From the NCBI RefSeq assembly GCF_009914755.1, contig NC_060925.1: a DNA stretch of 64,000 nucleotides; one strand, 5' to 3'. The position numbers and the translations under genes are program-made. The first letter of the stretch is position 1, and each line of letters opens with the position of its first letter. Positions 1-27,920 of the stretch are shown piece by piece. The notes beneath the pieces were generated by a model. That model saw only the letters and a program-made list of their open reading frames with translations. It was not told the origin of the DNA and did not search any database. This DNA comes from the human T2T-CHM13v2.0 reference genome, Homo sapiens.

Positions 1-1145
<1,145 letters not shown>

Positions 1146-1489
1146 TGATATGGTTTGGCTGTGTCCCCACCCAGATCTCATCTTGAATTCCCATGTGTTG
1201 TGGGAGGGACCCAGTGGGAGGTAATTGAATCATGGGAGCAGGTCTTTCCCATGCTGTTCTCATGGTAGGGAATAAGTCTCATGAGATCTGATGGTTTTAT
1301 AATGGGGTGTTTCCCTACACAAGCTTTCTTCTCTTGTCTACCTCCATGTGAGACATGCCTTTCACCTTCTGCTATGGTTGTGAGGCCTCCGCAGCCACGT
1401 GGAACTGTAAGTCCATTAAACCTCTTTCTTCTGTGAACTGCCCAGTCTCGGGTATGTCTTTATTAGCAGCATGAAAATGGACTAATACA
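1146..1489 (+). mobile_element. THE1B-like 3' LTR
   Basis: Begins TGATATGGTTTGGCTGTGTCCCC and ends GGACTAATACA (TG...CA), about 345 bp; ATTAAA at 1415-1420. Confidence 0.9.
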
Positions 1490-1499
1490 GGAATCTACT

Positions 1500-2738
<1,239 letters not shown>

Positions 2739-2891
2739 CTAAGAATGGATCCCCAACATTTTAAAGGGTAACGAGAGATAGTAGGACAATAGAAGTAGGA
2801 GGAAACCCAATAGAATTGAGTCATAAGAAGCCAGCTTTGGCTGCATCCCATGTTTTGCATAATTTTTATTATTTAGTTTAAGACATAGTTT

Positions 2892-4464
<1,573 letters not shown>

Positions 4465-5029
4465 TTAGAAGATGTAGTATTTACTTTCCAAACATTTCAA
4501 AATTTATTTTGTTCTTAGTTTAGCTTCCCCCATACTTTGTGTTATTTTTGTTTGTGTTTCAGTTCTTTTTACATACTTAAATCTCACAAGACATTATTAT
4601 TCGTATTTCATATAGCCAGTATTCATTTAGATTTATCCACATATTCATATTTTCAGTTCGTCTAAGAAAGATACAAGTATTCAAATACAATAACCATAAA
4701 AAAGCTGAATTTTTGCTTGTTAAGGAGGGGAGCCCTGTAATACAATGTACAACCTCTCTGAACAAAGCAAGAGATATTCACACAGAAGCATGGAATTCCA
4801 AGACTGAAAAACTTTAAGAAAAAAGAGTATTTAGAGATCGTTTTACTTTCAGCCATGGATACCTTGTATTTGGAGTGAGGCTGTTGTTACTTGATTGACT
4901 TTCAGGCATGTGGTAACTAGAATAGGATTGTTGCTAACTGGCTGACATTCTGAAGTGAGGAAATATCATGGGCTGATTTTCTCTTTTTTCTTTTCTTTTC
5001 TTTCCTTCTCTTTTTTTTTTTTCTTTTTT

Positions 5030-5303
<274 letters not shown>

Positions 5304-5309
5304 GATTTT

Positions 5310-6200
5310 CTTTTTTATTCCTAGCTTCATAGCTAAGTTTTATTTAAACTTTAAAGAACATATAATTTTAAGATTCTTAAATAATTCGAAGCCTTAGAAC
5401 AATATGGAAAATCCTCCAAATTGTTTATGAACCCAGAAAACCATAATGTCAAAACACAATAAATATAGTACAAATAAACCCATCAATTTTCTGTTATTTA
5501 TGACAGTAGGTGCAAACGTTCTAAATAAAATAATAATTATTATTATAGCTTAGCAAAGATTAAAAGCAAAACATTTTAACCAAGTAGAATATATTCCAGG
5601 AATGCATGAGCGATTCAACATTAGGAAATTGATCAGCATAATACATTTCATAAAAATATTAAGAGAAAAAACTGTGTGATCATATAAGAGATGCTGCAAT
5701 TGTTTTGTTAAAATACAGCATATTCTCAAGAAAAAGTCTAAATTAAATATCCCTAGAAAAAAACTACATAAATATAATACTAAAACAAATAAAAAACCAA
5801 TAGTAATACCATGAATGGAAAAACACTTAAACTTTATAATTAACCTAACAAAATAGATGAGGATGTTTGATATCAACATTTTTATTTTTTTTTTGGTGGT
5901 TCTAGAAAATAAAATAATAGAATAAAGTAAAATAACAGATATGAATATTGAAAAAGAGAAGATAAAATATTTCTTTGTGCTGATATTATAGTTATATACT
6001 TAGAAAATCTGGAACTATAGGAAAAAAAGATTAAAATCAGTAAGACAGTTTGGTGAGGAGACTGAATCAGAATTAAATAAATAAAAGTAAATTGTTTTTC
6101 TCTACTTAAGCAATAAAGGACCTAAAAATGAGAATGGGAAAAATACTTCCAAGCCATTAGTTTTTATCACCTCAAGAATACATTCTTTAAAGGAAGTACT
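5310..6200 (+). mobile_element. Old L1M(E) ORF2 fragment
   Basis: A-rich, degenerate ORF2-like sequence (ccaggaatgcatgagcgattcaacattaggaaa; ttgtgctgatattatagttatatacttagaaaatc). Confidence 0.6.
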
Positions 6201-6689
6201 TACCTATAATGTCCAGGCCGAATAATGGCCTTGAACTCCTGGGTTCAAACAATCCTCCTGCCTCAGCCTCCTGAGTAGCTGGGACTACAGGTGCATGCCA
6301 CTATGCCTGGCTAGAATACATTTAGTTGTTTAAAAGACATAGGTTCTATAGGAAGAAAATTATATATGTAATATAATACATTTTCATAATATAATTCTTC
6401 TAAAATTAATACATAGGATAAGATAATGTTTATATAATCAAAATAAATGCTCATGAAAAAGTTTAAAATTGATTTTGTGATTACTTGTTTAAGGCTTGAG
6501 TCTATGGCCAAAGAATAACTGATCTTTCCCTTTTGTGAATTTGTAGAGTAAGATCTTTTTATTCTCATATTGCTCCCTTCCTACGTTTGCATTTGCTTTC
6601 TGGAATAATTTTCTTTTTCCTTGAAGAAATGTCTTTGGTATTTTCTATAGTGGTGGGTCTGCTGATTACTTTTTGTTTAAAGGCTTGCT

Positions 6690-7060
6690 TTCTTTTCTCT
6701 TCTTTTCTTTTCTTTCTTTCTTTCCTTTCTTTCTTTTTCTTTCTTTCCTTCCTTCCTTTTTTCCTTCCTTCCTTTCTTTTCTTTTCTCTTTTCTTTTTCT
6801 TTATTTTCTTTCTCTCTCTCTTTCTTTCCTTCCTTCCTTCTCTTTTTCTTTTCTTTTCTTTCCCTTCCTTCCTTCCTTTCTTTCCTTCCTTTCTTTTCTT
6901 TTCTCTTTTCTTTTCTTTCTTTCATTCCTTTTCTTTCTCTCTTTCCTTCCTTCCTTCTCTCTCTCTTTTCTTTTCTTCCTTCTTTCTTTCTTTCTTTTTC
7001 TTTCTTTCTTTCCTTCCTTCCTTCCTTCCTCTCCTTCCTTCCTTCTTTCATTTCTTTTAT
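6690..7060. repeat. Compound (CTTT/CCTT/CT)n polypyrimidine tract
   Basis: About 370 bp that is almost exclusively C/T on the + strand. Confidence 0.95.
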
Positions 7061-13274
<6,214 letters not shown>

Positions 13275-13321
13275 TCTTTTCTTTTCTTTCTTTCTTCTTC
13301 TTCTTTTTTTTTTTTTTTTTT

Positions 13322-13442
13322 GAGATGGGGTCTAATTATGTTGCCTAGGCTGCTCTTGGTCTTGAACTCCTAAGCTCAAGCAGTCCTCCCCCTTGACCTC
13401 TCAAAGTGCTGGGATTATAGGCATGAGCCACTGCGCTGGGCC
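13322..13442 (-). mobile_element. FLAM / Alu left monomer
   Basis: Single antisense monomer whose tail abuts the L1 5' end. Confidence 0.8.
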
Positions 13443-14359
13443 TTAATGGTTATTTTCTAAGAATTATAATTTGACGGTGTTTTTCTTTAGTGTGTTAGTT
13501 TAACTTTCTGGTAAACATCCACTGATTTTAAAATTTTAATTATTATATTTTTCAGTCCTAGAATTTATTAACTTTTAGAGTTTCTAGTTCTCTGCTGAAA
13601 TTTTCCATCTTGTCATTTTATAACTTGAAAGTTGTAGTCACAGTTAATTTTAAAATCCATGTCTGGTGATTGGATAATATTTGGTTCTCCTATAGTTCTA
13701 TTTTATTTTCTGTATTTTTGTCTTGGTTTTGAGTCCATTCTTTTCATATTTCTGTTTCTGATTGAATGTTGGACATTGTGTATGAAGAGTTTTAGAGATA
13801 ATTTGAGACTCTGGATGATACTATATTACATAAGAAGGATTTTACTTTTTATTCTGGCAGGTCATTTAGTGCAGGCACGGATCACCTTAATCCAAGCAGG
13901 GACTGAGCTGAAATGAAGTCTGGCCTTGGGCTTTCTGAGGGCTGTTCTATTTCTGTTCCACTGTTATTCTTAAGATGTAATGCTTCAGAGAATTAGGGGT
14001 CCCAATAGTATCCTGGTGTTACCAGGACCTCTACTCCTTAGCAAATTCTGTACTTCAATTTTGTCCACCACCCGACCCCTGAGTAGAGTGACTTAATATC
14101 CCAAATTTCCATGAAAGATATTGAAGTTCCATCCTCCAAAATCCATGAAAGATATTAAAAATTCATTAAAACATTTTTGCTCAGTGCATCATGTGTTTCT
14201 TAAGAATCCTTCTCAGCAAGTGTCTGAGGCAACCCTGAACCATTGACTGGCACAATTGTTCAATTTAAAACTGCACTATGAAAGCTACATGGGAAAACAC
14301 AATTTAATTTTCTATGGCAGCAATAATATAGTTATTGATAAAATGGCAATACTTATCCA

Positions 14360-14661
14360 TGTCAGCCCTCTGGATCTGCGGGTTCTGCATCATCAGATTC
14401 AAGCAACCGTGGATCAAAAATACTTAAAAAAAATTAAAAAGTACAAATAAAAACACAATATAGTATAATAAATATCACATAACATCTGCATTGTATTAGG
14501 TTATATAAGTAATCTAGAGATGATTTAATGTATACAAGAGGATGTGCATAGGTTATATGCAAATACCACATCATTTTCTGTAAGGGACTTGAGAATCCAT
14601 GGATTTTGGTATCCATGGGGGTCCTGAAACCAATCCTCTGTAGATACTGAGGGATGACTGT
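14360..14661 (-). mobile_element. MER2 (TcMar-Tigger non-autonomous element)
   Basis: Reverse complement reads cagtcatccctcagtatctacagaggattggtttcaggaccccc...gatacc...caagtccctta, as in the MER2 consensus. Confidence 0.8.
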
Positions 14662-15460
14662 GTACAGTGGGCAGAGAAAAATGAGGTAGCAAATGGTTTA
14701 AAATAAAAGAAGAAGTCAAAATTATGAATGGTGGTGAAATTAGCAGATCATTTTGAATATTCCTAAAAGATCAAAATTTACTGATGAAGGAAGGCAGTGA
14801 AAATATTTTCATCCAAGACAAGAAAAAGTTTCCTTTTAAATTACTTGTCTTTATATAACTTTGAGATGGGAATGTTTTCATTTTGTATTTTGCAAATAAA
14901 TAAGAAAAAGAGGGTATTTTGCCATAATCTCATAGTGAATCAGTCCACTGGACCCACATTAGGATCCACACTCAAGTTTTGTTCAGACTAAAAGCTATAA
15001 ACTTTATGAAACCCTGATCAATAACCTAAAAAATGACTCAAGAACTATGATAATCTATTTTAATTTGTTATTCACTATCCCATAATCATGAAGAAGCTGA
15101 TTATTATCATTGTCCTCTTAAAAGAATGATGTAGTGAATTAAGGTCTTTTACAGAAAACTATAGTTGATAGTTTCTGGGTTTAATGCATTTGATTCTCAG
15201 CTGAAAAGACAAGAAATGTAGGATATAAACTGTCATTGAAAAAATAATTTGTTAGTCATTAAAGCACCAATTACACAGTGCTTATTCATTAAACATTTAT
15301 TTAGGAACTGCTTTTTGTAAGGTTCTCTGCTAGTCAAGCTGTAGGATAATAAAAGATTTTTAAAAGATAATGCCCTTGCTCAGTAGGATTTTATAATTTG
15401 GTATTAAAATAGTAGTCTTACAAATATTTCTAAAAGTTAATGCTTTTCTTACTTTTCTAG

Positions 15461-15659
15461 GTTACTCCAAAATTCTTCCAAGTTTGATTAGTTCTCTTGA
15501 CTTCTGTTCTTTCAAGTTGGAAAACCTGGAGTTTCCTGATACGCCTCTTGAAGAATGGCAGGAAATAGATGAAAAAATTAATGAAATGAAATCACACTTG
15601 GATATATTGTTAAACCTTACTGGTATTGTTCCACAGCACATAGATGTGGATTCTGTTTC
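15461..15659 (+). CDS. AXDND1: AXDND1 internal coding exon (199 nt, phase 1 to 2)
   Basis: Acceptor cttttctag, donor GTAAGT. Reads (G)YSKILPSLISSLDFCSFKLENLEFPDTPLEEWQEIDEKINEMKSHLDILLNLTGIVPQHIDVDSV(S). Phase fits the next exon; gene name from recalled protein sequence. Confidence 0.88.
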
Positions 15660-15949
15660 GTAAGTTCCCATAGGTTTCTTTTGTTCTGAGATAATTTTCC
15701 TAAAGGTTTATTGCAATACACTTCATATATAATTCACTTTTTCAAAGTGTACAATTCTGTGGTGTTCAGTATATTTATAGATATAAGTAACCATTACCGG
15801 TCAATTTTAGAATATTTCATCACCTCAAAAAGAAGCCTTATGCACTTTAGCTATCATTCTGCAATCCTTCATCCTCTCCTACCGTCCTACCCCCAGCCCT
15901 AAGCAACCACAAATCTACTTTGTCTTTGTTGATTGTATTGTTATGAACA

Positions 15950-16248
15950 ATTTTTTTTTTTTTTGAGGCGAAGTCTTGCTCTTATTTCCCAGGCTGGAGT
16001 GCAATGGCGAGATCTTGGCTCACTGCAACCTCTACCTCCCGGGTTCAAGTGATTCTCTTACCTTAGCCTCCTGAGTAGCTGGGACTACAGGCGCCTGCCA
16101 CCATGCCCAGCTAATTTTTGTATTTTTAGTAGAGACGGGGTTTCACCATGTTGGCTAGGCTGGTCTCGAACTCCTGACCTCAGGTGATACGCCCACCTTG
16201 GCCTTCCAAAGTGCTTAGATTACAGGTGTGAGCCACCACACCTGGCCT
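15950..16248 (-). mobile_element. AluS
   Basis: Antisense dimeric Alu. Confidence 0.95.
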
Positions 16249-18847
16249 GTTGTGGACATTTTATTTGAAAGGAATCATTGTACTGTGTGGTCTTTGTGTC
16301 TAACTTCTTTGACTTAGCATAATTTTTTCAAGGTTCATCCATGTTGTGGCATATTTCAGTAGTTCATTTTTATGACTGAATCATATTCTACTTATGGATA
16401 TACCACATTTTATTTATTCATTTGTCCATTGATAGACACTTGGATTGTTTCCATCTTTTGGCCTTAATGAGTAATGTTTCAATAAACATTCATGTGCATG
16501 CTTTTTGTGGACAAACATTTGTTTTCATTTCTCTTTGGGTATATATCACCTAAGGAGTGGAATTGCTGGATCATATGGCAATTCTATTTTTAATAATTTG
16601 AGGAACTGCCAGACTGTTTTCCAAGGTGTTTTTGGAAAACCTACACAATTTTACATTCACATCAGCAGTGCATGTGGGTTCTGATTTCTCCACATACTTG
16701 CCAATACTTATTATCTGACTTTTGATTCTAGCTATAATAGAGGGACTGAAGTGTTATTTTATTGTAGTTTTGATTCACATTTCCCTAATGACAAATGATG
16801 TGAAGAATTGTTTCACATGCTTATTGGCTATTTGTGTATTTTCTTTGAGGGAAATTTTTTCTGTGCTGTTGTTGTTGTTGCTTGTGCTGGTGTCATAGCT
16901 AAGAATTCTTTGCCAAATCCAAGGTCATGAAAATTTACCCCTATGTTTTTTTGTAAGAGTTTTGTAGCATTTGCTCTCTTACATTAAGGTCTCTGATCCA
17001 TTTTAGTTAATTTTTGTATATGGTATGTGGTAAGGGTCCAATTTCATTCTTTTGCATGTGGATGTTTAGTTGTACCAGCACCATTTGTTGAAGACTATTC
17101 TTTCTCCACTTAATGGTATTGACAATTTTGATGAAAATCAGTCATGGATTTATTTCTGAATGATTAATTCTATCACATTGATCTATATGTCCACCCTTGT
17201 GTCAGTAACACACTGTCTTGCTTATTCTTGCTTTGTAGAATGTTTTGAAAAGGAATGGGAAATGTGAGTCTTTCTACTTGACTCTTCTTTTACAGGATTA
17301 TTTTGGCTTTTCTGGGTACCTTGCAATTCCGTATAAATTTTAGAATAAGCTTGTCAATTTTTACAAAGACATTAACTAGGATTCTGAAAAAGAATTTGTT
17401 GGATCTGTACATCAGAATGGGAATATTGCTATCTTAAACATGTTAAGTCTTCTACATGAACATGGGATGTTTTTCCAATTATTTGGATCTTCTTTAATTT
17501 CTTCTGAGTATAAGCTGTACACTTCTTTTGTTATATTTACTCCTAAGTACTTTTTAAATGTTATTGCAAATAAGATTTTTAAAACTTTATTTCAGATTGT
17601 TTATTGCATATGTATAGGAACACAACTGATTTTTAAAATATTGATCTTACATCCCAAAACCTTACTGAATTCATTTATTAGTTGCAATAATTTTTTAAAG
17701 GATTTCTTAGTATTTTCTATACAAAAGATCATACCTATAAATAGAAGTAGTTTCTTTTTAATCTAGATGCCTTTGATTTCCTTCTCTTGCCTAATTGCTT
17801 TGGCTAGAACCTCAGTACAATGTTGAATGGAAGATGTTGTTCCTATTCTTATGGGAAATGCATCCAGTCTTTCACTATTAAGTATAATGTTATTTGTGGG
17901 TGTTTCCTAGATGCCTTTTATTGGATTTAGGAAGTTTTCTTCCATTCCTAATTTGTTGCATGCTTTTACATAAAAAAGTTGTTGGATTTTGACAAATGCT
18001 TTTTCTGTATCTAGTGAGATGATCATGTGATTATTTTTTTCATGTTCATATGATGTATTACATTCATTGTCTTTTTGGATATTAAATTAACTTTGCTTGC
18101 ATAGGATAAATCCCACATGGTAATTGTGTAAAATACTTTTGATCAGTTCAGGATTCTGTTTGCTAGTCTTTGCATTGGTATTCATAAGAGACATTGGTCT
18201 ATTTTATTTTCCTGTGATGTCTTCGCCTGGTGTTATATCAATGTAATACTGGCTTCATGAAATGAGTTAGAAGTATCCCTCCATCTTTATCTTTTGGAAG
18301 ATATTGTGAAGAATTGGTGTTGATTCATCTTTGGCTCTTTGGGAGGATTCAGTGGTGCAGCCATCTGTGGGTAGGTTTTTGAGAATTGATTCAATCTCTT
18401 CACTTGTTAAAAGTCTATTTATATTGTCTATTTCTTATTGAATCAGTTTTTTGTGTGTGTCTTTCTAGAAATTTGACAATTTCATCCAAGTTATCTGATT
18501 TGTTGGCAAAATTGTTCATTGTATTCCCTTATAATCCTTTTTATTTCTGAAAGAAGATCAGTGCTAGCATCCCTTCTCTCGTTTCCAATTCTAATAATTT
18601 GAGCCTTCTCTATTTCTCCTGGTCAACTTAGCTAAATGTTTGTTAATATTGTTGATCTTTTCAAATAACCATCTTTTGATTTCATTGATTTCCTTTAGTG
18701 TTTTTCTATTCTCTATTGTATTAATTTCTGCTGTAGTCATTATTATTTCCTTCCTTTCACTTTCTTTACATTTAATTTACTCTACCTTTTCCATAGTCTT
18801 AAGTTGAGCTGTTAGTTTATTGATTTGAGATTTTTCTTCTTTCTTAA

Positions 18848-19211
<364 letters not shown>

Positions 19212-20245
19212 CTATGTCTTCATTTTCATTAATCTCAAAGTATTTTTATGATTTCTCTTGTGATTTATTCATTGACCCATTGTTATTTAGGAGTATGTTA
19301 TTTAATGTCCACATATTTGTGAGTTTCCCATTTTTTTCCAGTTTCAGATTTGTAATTTCATTCCATTGTAGTGTGAGTATATATTTTATATTATTCTAGC
19401 ATTAAAATTATAGAGGTTTGTTTTACAGCCTAGCATCTTGTCTATCCTGGAGAATTTTCCATGTACACTTGAGAAGAATGTATATTTCATTTTTATTGGA
19501 GAAAGTGTTCTAGAGATGTCTGGTCTAGTTGGTTTGTAGTATTGTTAAAATCTTCTGTTTCCTTATTTATCATCTGTGTAGTGGTTCTAACCATTATTGA
19601 TAGTGGGATGTTGAAGTCTCCAACTGTTATTCTTAAATTGTCTGTTTTTCCCTTCCTTTCTCTTGATGTTTGCTTCATGTATTTTTGGTACTTTGTTATT
19701 AGGTGCACACGTTTATAATTGTTATATCTTCCTGATGGAGTGATCCTTTTATAATTATAAAATATCCTTCCTTATTTTTAGTAACTTTTTAAATTTTAAA
19801 ATCTATTTTATCTGCTATCAGTACAGCCACACCAGCTTTATTGTGGTTACTGTTACATATCTTTTCCTTTTATACTGTTATATACCTTTTGCTTTTAATG
19901 TATTTGTATCTTTGAATCTCAAGTGTGTCTTCTATAGAGACCATATAGTTGATTCATGTTTTTAATCCAGTCTGACAATCTCTGCCTTTTAATTGGATTG
20001 TTAAATCCATTTACCTTTAAAGATATTATTGACATGGTTGGATTTACCTCTGCCATCTTACTGCTTGTTTTGTTTCATGACTTTTTTGTTTCTCTGTTTT
20101 TCTTTTATTGTTTTTTTTGTATTGAATGAATACTTTCTAATGTAGAATTCATTTCTGTACTGACTTTTCTCTACATTTAAAAAGTTTTTTAAATGGCTTC
20201 TCTAGATTTTACCATAACCTCCTTAATTTAACAGAATTAGCTTCA

Positions 20246-20578
<333 letters not shown>

Positions 20579-20646
20579 CTATCTAGTTTGATTCCTTTTC
20601 CCACCTTTTGTGGTATAATTTTATGCACATTACATCTCTTAATATT

Positions 20647-23207
20647 TGATATGGTTTGGCTCTGTGTCCCCACCCAAATCTCATCTTGAATTGCAATCCC
20701 CACATGTCAATGGAGGAAGGTGATTAGATCATGAGAGCAGTTACCCCCACGCTGTTCTCATGAGATCTGATGGTTTTATAAGCATCTGGCATTTCCCCTG
20801 CCTGCACCTCTATCTTTCCTGCCACCTTGTGAAGAAGGAACTTGCTTCTTTCTCCCCTTCTGCCATGATTGTAAGTTTTGTAAGTTTCCTGAGGCCTCCT
20901 CAGCCATGTGGAGCTGTGAATCAAATTAAACCTCATTTGTTTATAAGTTACCTAGTCTTGGCTGGGTGTGGTGGCTCACACCTGTAATCCTAACATTTTG
21001 GGAGGCCAACGTGGGCGGATCACCTGAGGTCAGGCGTTTGACACCACCCTGGCCAACATGGTGAAACCCCCGTCTCTACTAAAAATACAAAAATTAGTCG
21101 GGCGTGGTGGTGGGTGCCTGTAATCCCAGCTACTTGGGAGGCTGAGGCAGGAGAATTGCTTGAACCTGGAAGGTAGTGGTTGCAATGAGCCGAGTTCACA
21201 CTCCAGCCTGGGTGACAGAGCAAGACTCCACCTCAAAAAAAAAAAAAAAACTTACCTAGTCTTGGGTAGTTTTTTTATAGCAGTGTGAGAATGGAGTAAT
21301 ATAGGAAATTGGTACTGGAATTGGGGTACTGCTATAAAGTTAGCCTGAAAATATGTAAGCCACATTGGAACTGGATAATGGGCAGAGGTTGGAATAGTTT
21401 GGAGGGCTCAGAGGAAGACAGAAAGATGTGGGAAAGTTTGGAACTTCCTAGAGACTTGTTGAATGGTTTTGACCAAAATGCTGATAGTGATGTGGACAAT
21501 GAAGTCCAGGCTGAGGTAGTCTCTGATGGAGATGAGGAACTTACTGGGAACTGGAATAAAAGTCACCCTTGCTATGCTTTAGTAAAGAGACTGGTGGCAT
21601 TTTGACTCTGCCCTAGAAATCTGAGGAACTTTGAACTAGAGAGAGATGATTTAGGGTATCTGGTGGAAGAAATTTCTAAGTGGCAAAGCATTCAAGAGGA
21701 AGCAGAGCATAAAAGTTTGGAAAATTTGCAGCCTGACCATGAGGTAGAAAAGAAAAACCCGTTTTCTGGGGAGGAAATAAAGACAGCTGCAGAAATTTGT
21801 GTAAGTAATGAGAAACTGAGTGTTCATAGCCAAGTCAATGGGGAAAATATCTCCAGAGCAAGTCAGCGATCCTCAGACCAACCCCTCTTATCACAGGCCT
21901 GGAGGCCTAGGAGGTAAAAATGGTTTCTTGGGTCAGGCCCAGGGCCCCCACTGCTCTGTGAAGCCTTGGGACATGGCGTCCTGTGTCCCAGCCACTTCAG
22001 CTCCAGCTGTGGCTAAAAAGGGCCAAGGTACAGCTTGGGCCATTGCTTCAAAAGGTGGTCTTGGGCCTGTGGGTGCACAGAAGTCAAGAATTGAGGTTTG
22101 GGAACCTTCACCTAGATTTCAGAGGATGTATGGAAGTGCTTGGATGTCCAGGCAGAGGTCTGCTGCAGAGGTATAGCCCTCATGGAGAACCTCTGCTAGG
22201 GCAGTACGAAAGGGAAATGTATTTGGAGCCCCCACACAGAGTCCCTACTGGAGCACTGCCTAGTGGAGCTGTGAGAAGAGGGCCACTGTCCTCCAGACCT
22301 CAGAATAGTAGATGCATCAACACCTTGCACTGTGCACTTGGAAAAGCCACAGACATTCAACACCAGACCATGAAAGCAGCCAGGTGGGAGCTGCACCCTG
22401 CAAAGCCACAGGATTGGAGCTGCCCAGGCCTATGGGAATGCACCTCTTGCATTAGCACGACCTGGATGTGAGATGTGGAATCAAAAGAGATTATTTAGAA
22501 GCTTTAAGATTTAATGACTGGCCTACTGGATTTCAGACTTGCATGGGGCCTGTAGCCCCTTGGTTTTGGTCAATTTCTCCCATTTGAAATGAGAGCATTT
22601 ATCCAATGCCTCTACCTGCATTGTATCTTGGAAGGAATTAACTGTTTTTTTTATTTTACAGGCTCATAGACAGAAGGGACTTGCCTTGCTCAGATGAGAT
22701 GTTGCACTGTGGACTTTTGAATAAATGCTGAAATGAGTTTAGACTTTGGGGGACTGTTGGGAAGGCATAATTGGTTTTGACATGTGAAATTATATGAGAT
22801 TTGGAAAGGGCCAGGGGCAGAATAATATGCTTTGGCTCTGTTTCCCTACCCAAATCTCATCTTGAATTGTAATCCTCATGTGTTAAGGGAGGGACCTGTA
22901 ATTCTCACATGTCAAGGGAAGGAGGTGATTGGATCATGGGGGCTGTTTCACCCTGCTGTTCTCATGATAGTGAGTTCTTATGCAATATGATGGTTTTATA
23001 AGCATTTGGCATTTCCCCTGCTTGCACTTCTCTTTTTCCTGCTGCCTTGTGAAGAGGTACTTGCTTTTCCTTCCCCTTACGCCATGATTATAAGCTGCTT
23101 GAGGCTTCCCCAGCCATGTGGAACTGTGAGTTGATTAAACCTCTTTTGTTTAAAAATTACCCAGTCTTGGGTATTTCTTTATAGCATTGTAGAATTGGTG
23201 TAATACA
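20647..23207 (+). mobile_element. Complete THE1D-like MaLR (LTR-int-LTR)
   Basis: 5' LTR 20647-21303 (with an Alu at 20960-21250), internal region 21304-22822, 3' LTR 22823-23207. 5-bp TSD ATATT at 20642-20646 and 23208-23212. Confidence 0.9.
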
Positions 23208-24324
23208 ATATTACAAACACAAAAATACATTGTTATAATTATAAATTTACCATCTGTCATCATTTCTATCACCCATTAGAGTTTGCTCCCATCCACCTCT
23301 TGTGTGCTGTTTTGGCATATATATTACACATATATTACATTTTTATGTTGTAGGTCCAACAATATGTCCTATGTTATTTTATACAATTTCTTCTTTAGTC
23401 AGTTAAGAAATAGAAAATATGCATTCATTCTGTCTTTTAAAATTGCATAATTTTGTTTATAATGCCTTGTTTTTTGTGTAGATTCTAATTACCATCTGTG
23501 GTCATTGCTTTCAGCCTGAAAAATTTCCTCTAGGATTTATTGTAAGGAAAGTCTACTAGCAACAAATTCTTCGGTTTTTTTTTTAAATCTGGGGCAGTCT
23601 TTATTCCACCTTCATTTTTGGAACACATGTTTGTTGGATATAGGATTCTTGGTTGACATTTTTTTCTTCTTTAGGCACTATGAATATGTTATCCCACTGC
23701 TTTTTGGCACCTATTGTTTATTTTGAGAAGTCAGCTGTTAATCTTATTGGGACTCCCTTGTAAGTGATGTGTTGTTTTTCTCTTGCCACTTTCAAGATTT
23801 TCTCGTTATTTTGACTTCTAGCATTTTGACTCTCATATATAAGTTTGTAGACCTCTTTGTATTTATCTTACATGGAGATTGTTAAGCTTCTTGAATGTGT
23901 TATTGTTTTTCAATAAATTTGGAAAGTTTCAGATCCTGTTTCTTTGAATATCTTTATGTACCTTTTTCTTTTCTCTACTTCCAATACTCCCTTTATATGT
24001 AAGGGTGTCCCATATTTCTTCAAGGCTGTTTTCATGTCGCTTCATTCTTTTTCCTCTTTATTTTTTGGCTTGAATTACTTCCATATATTTATCTTCAAGT
24101 TCAATTCTTCTCTCTTCTGCCAGTTCAAATTTACTGTTGAGCCCTAGTAGTGATTTTAAATTTTTTTCAGTTATTGTTCTTTTTCACTCTAAAATTTTCA
24201 TTTATTTCTTTTTTCCAATTTATATTTTTAATTTCTATTCTCTTATTTGCTGCAACATTGTTATAATACCTTCCTTTGTTTATCTAGTCATGGATTTCTT
24301 TAGTTCTGTGAACATGAACTAACA

Positions 24325-27554
<3,230 letters not shown>

Positions 27555-27920
27555 GCTACTTTGAAGTTTTTGAAAAACCAGAGTTCTGGTCACTCTCACA
27601 GGCAGTTTCTGTTGCCTACCTGGTGTATATGTCACACTTTCTTGTTTCTTATCATGCCTTGTAAGGTTTCTTTTTGTTGTTGTTGTTTTTGGTTTTTGGA
27701 TACTGGACATATTAGATAATATACTGTAGCAACTTTGGTTGCTACCCCCCTCTTCCTTGTATTAAGACTCTGATCTTGCTCTCAAGAAGGTGCAGTTTTT
27801 GGGTATGCCCACTGTCACCCTGCAGTGACAGTGGTGTTTTGTCAAGGCTTGCTTCTTTTTCTTTGACCACACCAAGCTGTTAAACTTCACTAATTTCTAG
27901 TTGATTGGTCTATTGTTTTC

